Shown here: positions 57,321 through 64,000 of the stretch, piece after piece
Layout: each line of letters opens with the position of its first letter
Numbering within the stretch: the stretch's first letter is position 1
Source of the DNA: an uncultured virus (IMG/VR IMGVR_UViG_3300032233_001922)
Lineage: Duplodnaviria; Heunggongvirae; Uroviricota; Caudoviricetes
DNA length: 64,000 bases
Reading direction: 5' to 3' (one strand)
IMG/VR virus record: IMGVR_UViG_3300032233_001922
Made by a program: the position numbers and the translations under genes
Notes under the pieces: generated by a model
What the model was told of the DNA's origin: nothing
The model's input: only the letters and a program-made list of their open reading frames with translations
Databases searched by the model: none

Positions 57321-57554
57321 TTAGTTTTCATCGATAAGTTCATCGTAAGATACTCCCAACGCTTTTTTAATCGGTTTTAAAGTATCAATATTGTAATTGG
57401 TTCTTTTACCGTTTATGATTTCATTTATGATATAGGCACTTGGGGATTTCCCTTCGTTTGTTTCCTTAATCAAATCTATGAAGTCCTTTTGTGTCATACC
57501 TCTTTGTATGAGTAGTTTATATAGCTTCGTTACTTTTACTGTTATTTCTTCCAT
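57321..57554 (-). CDS. XRE-family HTH regulator
   Basis: GMTQKDF...INEIINGKR...IKKALGVSYDELI. Confidence 0.75.
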   Translation of the reverse strand: MEEITVKVTKLYKLLIQRGMTQKDFIDLIKETNEGKSPSAYIINEIINGKRTNYNIDTLKPIKKALGVSYDELIDEN

Positions 57555-57765
57555 TAGTTTATTTTTAATATTTCAAGCGCTTTAAAATAATCTTTGTTGG
57601 AAGCAACTTCATTATACAATTCAACAAATTTTTTGCTACCAGCATCAACTAAATAATTTGCTATTTTAGTTCTTACTTGTTCAAATGTACTTTTTTGTGT
57701 TTTTTGGAATAACGTTTCTGCAAAGTTATCCATTGCTTCAAAAGAAGGCGTTTTAATTACTTTCA

Positions 57766-58050
57766 TTATTGTTCCAATTTATAGGTTACGTAATTGCAAA
57801 TATTACTGTTTCTATCAAGTACCGAACAAGGTATTGAAGTAATAATATATCCAGCTTTTCTCAAATTAAAAATAATCGCAGAAAGTCTTGTAGCACCATA
57901 CTTTTCAATTGCAGTCCAACTATCAATTTGACCGTTTTCAATTAGATGTTCTTTAACTTGATTTGATTTTGTAATTTTCTTTTTTGCGGAAGTAACCCAA
58001 TTTGGATTAATACCTAAATCTACATTTTGTTTTTTAGTTGTTGCTTCCAT
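57766..58050 (-). CDS. winged HTH protein
   Basis: IDSWTAIEKYGATRLSAIIFNLRKAGY; start moved to MEATT. Confidence 0.65.
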   Translation of the reverse strand: MEATTKKQNVDLGINPNWVTSAKKKITKSNQVKEHLIENGQIDSWTAIEKYGATRLSAIIFNLRKAGYIITSIPCSVLDRNSNICNYVTYKLEQ

Positions 58051-58159
58051 AATTTGTGTTTGAATAATCTCTTTTTGATTAATTGATTTTTTTGTGAATT
58101 TCACGAGTAAAAATTGTTCTAAAAACATTCTTAATAAATCCCATAATTTTAATTTTTAA

Positions 58160-58411
58160 TTAATTACACCATTGACTACCGTTTGAAACTACTCCAGAAA
58201 TACCGCTTACAGTTTTAGTAAGTTGTGTGCAATTATTTCTAACCGTAATGGTTGATTGAACAATTACACCCCCATTGTTATTTGGTATGTTGTAAGACAT
58301 ACTTTGAACTACAACTCCGCAATTACAATCTGTTGTACTTGAAGAATCATTTGAATCTGTCGAGCATCCTACTAAGAAAATTGCCCCTAATAATAATAAT
58401 GATTTTTTCAT
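58160..58411 (-). CDS. putative lipoprotein
   Basis: Signal peptide ending LVGC. Confidence 0.65.
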   Translation of the reverse strand: MKKSLLLLGAIFLVGCSTDSNDSSSTTDCNCGVVVQSMSYNIPNNNGGVIVQSTITVRNNCTQLTKTVSGISGVVSNGSQWCN

Positions 58412-58503
58412 AATTTTATTTTTTAATGATTAAAGTTTCACAAATATAATAATAATTTTAATAATACAAAATATTATTTAAAATATTTTGTATTATTTAA
58501 GAT

Positions 58504-59370
58504 TTAGTTTATTTCTTTCAATGTTTTCTCAATCAATTTACGTAGGTCATCGTGTATGATATATTGCAAAGCGGTTTCAAGTACTAATTTTGAGGTAATT
58601 AACTTTGACTTTAAAGTTTCTACATTATCAGAAATAAGTTGTTCTTTTTTCTCAATAGTCTTTATAATCGTAGCTTGTTTTTCAACTTGCTTAGTAACTG
58701 ATTTAAAATCGGCATCGATTACTTTTAATTCGTTAATCTTTTTTTGATTTTCTATCGCTTCTAATCTCAACTTATCGTTTTCCAAACGCAAGTTTTCTTT
58801 TTCATCTGCTAACGCTTTTTCCAACAATTCTTTTTCTTCTTTGGCTACCCTATCGGATTCCACTTTAGCGCCTAATGTTGTTTTAGCATAGTTTAAAACT
58901 CCGACAAATGCTTCTTCGGTAATTATATCTAACTGTAAAGTGTTTGGGTCTAAAACCTCAATGTAAGGTAGCATTAATTCATAACGCTTTGCTTTGAGTT
59001 CCGCTTTTCTTTTTTGGTCTTGAATTTCAGCAAAACGCTCTTGAAGTTCTAAATGTTTTTCTGCTGGTTCTACAAGCGCAGTTAAAGTTTTCGCAATACC
59101 ATCAATTAACCTACCTTCATTCAAAGATTGTTCTTTTAAAGACTTTCTTGTTTTTTCAATTTCAATTCTTTTGGCTTTTAAAAGCAATCTACCTTCTCTC
59201 GCTTCTAACATTAAGTCTTTTTGACTTTCGTCTGTTACAACTATTGCATTTGCTTTTTCGTTCCACTCGGTAGCGATTGTAGTGAACTCGTTAAATTTTT
59301 CAATAATGTAATCTGATTTTGATTTTTCAATCAATGAATTTTCTGCTAATTTTGTTATTTCTTGGTTCAT
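58504..59370 (-). CDS. coiled-coil phage protein
   Basis: AREGRLLLKAKRIEIEKTRKSLK...IDGIAK. Confidence 0.6.
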   Translation of the reverse strand: MNQEITKLAENSLIEKSKSDYIIEKFNEFTTIATEWNEKANAIVVTDESQKDLMLEAREGRLLLKAKRIEIEKTRKSLKEQSLNEGRLIDGIAKTLTALVEPAEKHLELQERFAEIQDQKRKAELKAKRYELMLPYIEVLDPNTLQLDIITEEAFVGVLNYAKTTLGAKVESDRVAKEEKELLEKALADEKENLRLENDKLRLEAIENQKKINELKVIDADFKSVTKQVEKQATIIKTIEKKEQLISDNVETLKSKLITSKLVLETALQYIIHDDLRKLIEKTLKEIN

Positions 59371-59398
59371 TTTTTTTTAATTTAATTGTTGTTGTTTA

Positions 59399-59581
59399 TT
59401 AAAACGGACAATCCGATTTTTTAGGTTTTAATATTAATTGTTGGTACTCACGTTTAATTTTTTCTTGTATCGCTTCACGAATGAACTTACCCACATCAAC
59501 ATTTAAAGACTTCATTTTTTGAAGCGTATTTAATTGCGTTTCTGAAATCCGTATCACTTTGGTTTTAGTAAGTAGTTTCAT
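59399..59581 (-). CDS. ribbon-helix-helix DNA-binding protein (putative)
   Basis: KVIRIS strand followed by helices VGKFIREAIQEKI. Confidence 0.6.
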   Translation of the reverse strand: MKLLTKTKVIRISETQLNTLQKMKSLNVDVGKFIREAIQEKIKREYQQLILKPKKSDCPF

Positions 59582-59584
59582 AAT

Positions 59585-59623
59585 TGCAATACATTTATAG
59601 CGGTTAGCAAGTAGTTACAAGCA
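59585..59623 (+). other. attI-like first junction of the cassette array
   Basis: GGTTAGCAAGTA-GTTACAAGCA: GTT core without a preceding hairpin; its 3' side is complementary to the R'' box at 60257-60266. Confidence 0.55.
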
Positions 59624-60229
59624 AGCTGCAAACATCCCGACCTGATTAACCTGATTTGCGTTATAACTGCCATTTGCACAATTCAGAATATGTAATCCTA
59701 ATTCTGAATTAACAGCGTTTCTATCTTCTAATTTCTTTGAATGAGCGTGGTTTTTTTTACCTACATATTGCTTCATCATTGTTCCTACTTCATCCTTTGG
59801 CAATTCTATTTTAGGAATTTTAAAATTTGACCATAAATAATGCCTCCCAACTTCTGCCGTTGGTGGTATAAAATATTCGTAATAACTAACTACATTTTCA
59901 ACACAAAACTTTCCTTTAAAGAATGTTTTTAAGAATATTATTTCTTGCCATAATTCCATTTTAGGATAACGGCTTTCAGTAATATAATTTATAAAATAGT
60001 TTGCTCTGCTATGCGTTTGGCAAGGTGGCGAAGTCCAGATAAAATCAAACTCTGAATAATGGTCTAATAAATATTTGTGAGCATCAGCAACCACAACATT
60101 ATCATTCGGAAACAAAGCTTTGTATTTTTCAGCAATTTTAGCATCAAACTCAACCGCTGTAATTTCGTGGTCGTTGCCCCATAATTTACGGTTTCCACCA
60201 ATCCCACAATATAAATTTAGTATTTTCAT
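59615..60229 (-). CDS. DNA cytosine-C5 methyltransferase-like protein (cassette 1)
   Basis: LNLYCGIGG, SPPCQ, ENV. Confidence 0.8.
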   Translation of the reverse strand: MKILNLYCGIGGNRKLWGNDHEITAVEFDAKIAEKYKALFPNDNVVVADAHKYLLDHYSEFDFIWTSPPCQTHSRANYFINYITESRYPKMELWQEIIFLKTFFKGKFCVENVVSYYEYFIPPTAEVGRHYLWSNFKIPKIELPKDEVGTMMKQYVGKKNHAHSKKLEDRNAVNSELGLHILNCANGSYNANQVNQVGMFAACL

Positions 60230-60259
60230 AAGTCCATTTTGTTTAAATTAAAAGCCTGC

Positions 60260-60348
60260 TTGTAACAAGCGTTTGGAGCAAGTTGCAGAAACACTTTCTT
60301 TCTATTCAAGCTCTCGGTGGCAACCTGCACCAAGCGCAAGCGTTAGCA
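60260..60348 (+). repeat. attC-like site 1
   Basis: TTGTAAC...GCGTTTGGAGCAAGTTGC/GCAACCTGCACCAAGCGC...GTTAGCA. Confidence 0.75.
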
Positions 60349-60354
60349 GTAATA

Positions 60355-61176
60355 CTACATTCCATCTCCGAATAGAGTTTTCTGCGTTAAATCTTTTTCT
60401 TTTCTTTTTTCTTCCCACGCTTTTTTAATACGTTCTTCAATAATATTACAGTATTCATTTGATATTTCACTTCCTATCCAGTTGCGGTTATTTAAAATAC
60501 TCATTTTTGCTACCGTTCCACTTCCCATAAAGCAATCATAAATTAAATCATTTTCATTGCTCCAACTTATTATGTGGTCATTTGCTAATTGTTCAGGAAA
60601 TTGTGCAGGATGCCCTTTTGTTCCTGCGTTTGTAGGTATTTCCCAAACATTACCTTTTTGTTTATACTCCTTTACAGCATCATTTTTATGACCTTCTGTT
60701 GGTGTGTTTTGTGAGTTTGTTTGGTAAAATGTTCTTCCATTGGTTTTATTTCCTTTGGTTTTGCACTCTACCATTATTGGATTAAATGTGTTTGGTTTAC
60801 CTTTACTAAAAACAAACATATACTCAAACTCTTGCTCATATCTGTTATGAGTTAATGGTATGTAATTTATTTTCCTATACATCATTGTATCGTGCAAATT
60901 AAAACCAATCTCTTTGAAGTAAAGTGCTTGTTTAAAACTCGTTCCACTTTCAGTTCCTTTTACTGTTGCATCGCCTACAATCCAAATAACTACACCACCT
61001 TGTTTTGTAATTCTATACAATTCCTTTGCTATATCTTCAAAAGGAAAAGAATATCCATTATAAGTTCGTAATCCATCATAAGGCGGAGAAGTTACCGTTA
61101 AATCCACAAAGCAATCAGGCATATTTGCCATTGTTTCTAAATTGATTTCATTGTAATTTTTATTTATCTCAATCAT
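60355..61176 (-). CDS. DNA N4-cytosine/N6-adenine methyltransferase, beta class (cassette 2)
   Basis: VTSPPY, HPAQFP, DCFMGSGT. Confidence 0.9.
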   Translation of the reverse strand: MIEINKNYNEINLETMANMPDCFVDLTVTSPPYDGLRTYNGYSFPFEDIAKELYRITKQGGVVIWIVGDATVKGTESGTSFKQALYFKEIGFNLHDTMMYRKINYIPLTHNRYEQEFEYMFVFSKGKPNTFNPIMVECKTKGNKTNGRTFYQTNSQNTPTEGHKNDAVKEYKQKGNVWEIPTNAGTKGHPAQFPEQLANDHIISWSNENDLIYDCFMGSGTVAKMSILNNRNWIGSEISNEYCNIIEERIKKAWEEKRKEKDLTQKTLFGDGM

Positions 61177-61274
61177 ATTTTTAATTTTTCAAATTAATAT
61201 TTGCCATCGCTCAAAAAAGAAAAGAAAAAGGTTCAGTTCTCCGAATGAGCATTTGTGGTTAATTACCGTACTAC

Positions 61275-61369
61275 TGCTAACACGTGCTATAAGCAAGTTT
61301 GCCAATAACGTTTGTGCTAAATTTGACATTTCTGCAAGGCAAACCTGCTCATAGCACCATCCGTTACTG
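61275..61369 (+). repeat. attC-like site 2
   Basis: TGCTAAC...GTGCTATAAGCAAGTTTGCC/GGCAAACCTGCTCATAGCAC...GTTACTG. Confidence 0.8.
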
Positions 61370-61375
61370 GCTATG

Positions 61376-61612
61376 TTACTCACGATAGTCATCATATATT
61401 TCGATAGAGCCATCGTTAATAATTACTCCTCCAAATTTATTTGAAAAAGAAATAAGTTCTTCCAAAGAATTAATTTCTATCTCTGGCTGTTTATTTGATT
61501 TTCTAAATTTTAAATAATCAGAATGTTCAAATTCAAATCCTATTTCTTGAAGTTTTAACCTATCTTCTTCATTTGGATAAAAATAACCTGTTGTTGATAA
61601 TGTGAATTTCAT
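61376..61612 (-). CDS. hypothetical protein (cassette 3)
   Basis: 78 aa, IEINSLEEL...IEIYDDYRE. Confidence 0.65.
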   Translation of the reverse strand: MKFTLSTTGYFYPNEEDRLKLQEIGFEFEHSDYLKFRKSNKQPEIEINSLEELISFSNKFGGVIINDGSIEIYDDYRE

Positions 61613-61638
61613 TTTGTTTGTGGATTAAAAAACACAGC

Positions 61639-61769
61639 CAGTAACATACGCTACACAATAGTTGGGTTAATTGTTTAATTTAAAGTTTGTTTTGCACTTT
61701 TATAATCTGTCATTATCCGAAGTCTGGGTGTGTGCTTTTCCCAGCCATCGTGTAGCTTTTCCGTTAGTG
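61639..61769 (+). repeat. attC-like site 3
   Basis: CAGTAAC...GCTACACAATAGTTGGG/CCCAGCCATCGTGTAGC...GTTAGTG. Confidence 0.75.
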
Positions 61770-62165
61770 GAAATTCGAGCGAACAATCTCACGACCTAAT
61801 TTTATAATGAAATAATCTTCGTGTCCAATCGCTCCCCAATCAGTAAAACCCATTCCTATTTCAATTCCTTTACATTCTAACGTGACTTTAGGACTGTTTT
61901 TATTGTAGCCATTAGTAAACTCAACCCAATCGTATTTTTTAAAAACCGCTTCCCAATTTGATTGGTTATTTTCGTATTCAATTTCATTACATAATCTTTG
62001 AATCCAATATCTTTTGACTTCCCTATATTCTTCCGTTTTCTCCCCAGAAAGAATCATATCGAACCATTGTTTTTTTAAAGTCAATTTCAATACCCGATTA
62101 GAACTGCCACTAACACTTGCTAAACAAGATTCGGGTATTGGTGTATTATTTAAGGTCTGTTTCAT
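61764..62165 (-). CDS. ASCH-domain protein (cassette 4)
   Basis: LTLKKQWFDMILSGEKTEEYRE...FTNGY. Confidence 0.8.
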   Translation of the reverse strand: MKQTLNNTPIPESCLASVSGSSNRVLKLTLKKQWFDMILSGEKTEEYREVKRYWIQRLCNEIEYENNQSNWEAVFKKYDWVEFTNGYNKNSPKVTLECKGIEIGMGFTDWGAIGHEDYFIIKLGREIVRSNFH

Positions 62166-62243
62166 TTTTGTTATTATTAGTTATTAATCGAAAATCTGTT
62201 TTTTATTTTGTCCCGAACCTCGTTTAGCAAGGGAACGTTATGT
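62108..62243 (+). repeat. attC-like site 4
   Basis: CACTAAC...CTTGCTAAACAAGATTCGGG/CCCGAACCTCGTTTAGCAAG...GTTATGT. Confidence 0.8.
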
Positions 62244-62248
62244 GTAAT

Positions 62249-62440
62249 TTATATGATACAACCCATTCCTTTGTATTCTTGTTTTTTACAGTTTTTACAT
62301 TCGTGTAAATTTTGAAAGCAAATCATTTCTCCATCTTTAGGAATTGGTGTATATCTATCAATGTTTTTCCATTTGTGAAACCCTAAACTACACATAACAT
62401 ACGTTTGTAGCAAGAGGACTTTAGTCTTTAATTTAAACAT
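62249..62440 (-). CDS. small Cys/His protein (cassette 5)
   Basis: CSLGFHKW...ECKNC. Confidence 0.6.
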   Translation of the reverse strand: MFKLKTKVLLLQTYVMCSLGFHKWKNIDRYTPIPKDGEMICFQNLHECKNCKKQEYKGMGCII

Positions 62441-62522
62441 AATTTTGTACTTTTATAATTAGTCATTAATTCAATAATCAGGATTTATTTTTTCCTCCTG
62501 CTACAAGCGTCCACCGTTAAAA
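62392..62522 (+). repeat. attC-like site 5
   Basis: ACATAAC...ACGTTTGTAGCAAGAGGA/TCCTCCTGCTACAAGCGT...GTTAAAA. Confidence 0.75.
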
Positions 62523-62753
62523 CATATTCCCAGTAATTTGCATATTTGCCAACATCGTATCTTCATTTTCATCTGACTTCATTTGTAATGAAATACTTTC
62601 GCCCCAACACACACAATTAACGTTTCCTTCTATATCTATTTCAAACCTTATAAATCCAGCCGAAACTGGATTAAAGTTTTTAAAGTCTGAATGATTATTT
62701 AATCCAGAAAATACAATAATTTTTTTGTCGTTTGTTTTAATATACTTTGCCAT
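62517..62753 (-). CDS. hypothetical phage protein
   Basis: PVSAGF...CWGESISL. Confidence 0.65.
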   Translation of the reverse strand: MAKYIKTNDKKIIVFSGLNNHSDFKNFNPVSAGFIRFEIDIEGNVNCVCWGESISLQMKSDENEDTMLANMQITGNMF

Positions 62754-62758
62754 AAGTT

Positions 62759-63490
62759 CTATTTTTTCAATTGTTTAAGTTTAGTTTTAAGTTCCGTTGG
62801 AAATTCATTTTTAAGTACCCAATCTAAATAACCCATATCGTTAACTACTGGCTTGTGCATATTTTTACCAAACGACCAACATACTTCCCCGTTTTCATTT
62901 ATGTAAGTTTTACCCCCTACATCGTTTCTTTTACGATTTCCTTGACAATAAACATCTATTTCAGCTGGTGTTGTTTCTGGCTTGTTTTCTAATTGGTGCA
63001 TTAATATTTCAAACGTTGCTCTAACATCGTTTAAAGCATCGTGCGAACCCTCTAAATCTTTTCCAGTATATCTTTTGTAAACCGCCCCAATATTGTTTGG
63101 ATTAAGTAGGCGTTCATACTTTAAAACATCTACTAAATTTAACTCCCAAGTCGGGAACTCAATATCGCATCTACCAAACTCCTCAATCAAAAGAGGTATA
63201 TCATAAGAATCAGAATTGTAACCGCCAATATCACATCCTTCAAAATAATTAAACAATGATTTTGCTATTTGTGAAAAGTAAGGCGCATCTTTAATTGTTT
63301 CGTCTGTTATTCCGTGTACATCTGATGCTTCTTTTGGAATTGGTATTAGTGGTTTTACAAGAATGTTTTTTTCTTCTTTGTTTCCATCTAAATCAATTTT
63401 AATACAAGCTATTTGTACTATCCTATCGTTTTGCACAGATACTCCAGTAGATTCTAAATCAAAAAAAATAATTGGTTTTGTGATTTTCAT
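62759..63490 (-). CDS. DEDDh 3'-5' exonuclease (DnaQ/epsilon-like)
   Basis: FDLESTG, VHGITD, GYNSDSYD, HDALND. Confidence 0.9.
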   Translation of the reverse strand: MKITKPIIFFDLESTGVSVQNDRIVQIACIKIDLDGNKEEKNILVKPLIPIPKEASDVHGITDETIKDAPYFSQIAKSLFNYFEGCDIGGYNSDSYDIPLLIEEFGRCDIEFPTWELNLVDVLKYERLLNPNNIGAVYKRYTGKDLEGSHDALNDVRATFEILMHQLENKPETTPAEIDVYCQGNRKRNDVGGKTYINENGEVCWSFGKNMHKPVVNDMGYLDWVLKNEFPTELKTKLKQLKK

Positions 63491-63685
63491 TTTGTTGTTA
63501 TTTGTTTAAGTTATTATTTAAGTATTTAAAAATTTTTCTATTTCTTTTTTGTGTTGAATAAGTAATGGTTTTATATAAAACTTATCGTTTTCTTTTCTGA
63601 AAGCAACAATACCATTTAATCTATTAATTGAAAGATTGTATTGTTTTTCTGTTACTTCTATTTTAACGTTATATTCTATTTTCAT

Positions 63686-63919
63686 TTAACTAAACAATTG
63701 CGTTAATAATACACCACATACTGCTCCTATTCCAGCTCCTAAAGAATACGTTAGTTTTTGATTGATTGTGCTTATTGCTAAACGAGAAACATTGAAAGTC
63801 CAAAGTAAAGAAATAAGAAACGCAACTGCAAATAAACCAACGTATAAATGTTTTGTAATTAGTATTGTAGAAACTGAAACAAGTCCTACTTGAAAGAATG
63901 ATTGAAAGAATGTTCTCAT
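63686..63919 (-). CDS. small multi-pass membrane protein
   Basis: Three hydrophobic segments from MRTFFQSFFQ. Confidence 0.55.
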   Translation of the reverse strand: MRTFFQSFFQVGLVSVSTILITKHLYVGLFAVAFLISLLWTFNVSRLAISTINQKLTYSLGAGIGAVCGVLLTQLFS

Positions 63920-64000
63920 AGATTTTTTATAATAAACATTAAATATACAATAGCAAAAACAAAAGAAGCAAAACAAACGAAAGAAAATATTAAAGCAAAA

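Larger units (their letters stand above)
59614..62522 (+). mobile_element. array of five integron-like gene cassettes (no integrase in window)
   Basis: Five TAAC...GTTA hairpins; each cassette's first 8-10 nt are the exact reverse complement of its own R'' box. Confidence 0.8.

Noticed and set aside
10851..58747. Short + strand ORFs antisense to long - strand genes (e.g. 11058, 25511, 38590, 42796)
   Set aside because: Fully nested shadow frames with no recognisable motifs.
61189..61413. 74-aa ORF in the track as a real gene
   Set aside because: It spans a cassette junction and the whole attC-like site 2 and overlaps 61376-61612; most likely incidental.
60260..62522. Hairpins as intrinsic terminators, REP elements or a CRISPR array
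   Set aside because: No poly-T tails, stems differ in sequence between copies, the spacers are whole genes, and the cross-cassette end complementarity is not explained by these classes.
62517..63670. A sixth cassette ending at TTTTAAC (63661-63667)
   Set aside because: Only a 7-nt AT-rich match to GTTAAAA and no following hairpin or GTT box.
1..64000. Integrated prophage with host flanks
   Set aside because: No integrase, att duplication or housekeeping genes recognised; both window ends are phage-like small ORFs.

Overview
AT-rich (about 30% GC by eye) bacteriophage-like DNA, probably from a virus of Bacteroidota/Flavobacteriaceae: TAnnTTTG -7 promoter boxes, A-rich start regions without Shine-Dalgarno motifs, and Flavobacterium-phage-type small ORFs. 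Layout: (i) 1-9616, + strand early genes (RecE/RecT-like pair, a compact PolB-palm-like protein); (ii) 9690-39709, - strand morphogenesis block with an A32/P9-type FtsK-HerA ATPase, a 231-aa beta-rich major-capsid candidate plus a shorter paralog, about 35 small single-pass membrane proteins, glycine-rich fibres, two lytic transglycosylases, a lysis cassette and a CysC/sulfotransferase cluster; (iii) 39848-50176, large polyvalent proteins (DarA/DarB-like, SNF2 helicase, N6 methyltransferase) punctuated by [FYLM]xxGG motifs; (iv) 50717-64000, a beta-barrel gene, glycosyltransferases, tRNA-Gln(UUG) and replication/regulatory genes. I recognise no terminase, portal, HK97 capsid, tail or integrase gene in the window, so this looks like a large tailless inner-membrane virus. 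The clearest unexplained structure is an array of five integron-like gene cassettes at 59614-62522. It has attC-like hairpins with cassette-specific complementary ends, an attI-like first junction and no integrase, and its cargo genes (including two DNA methyltransferases) lie antisense to the canonical cassette direction. All protein family calls come from motif recognition by eye; no database searches were run.
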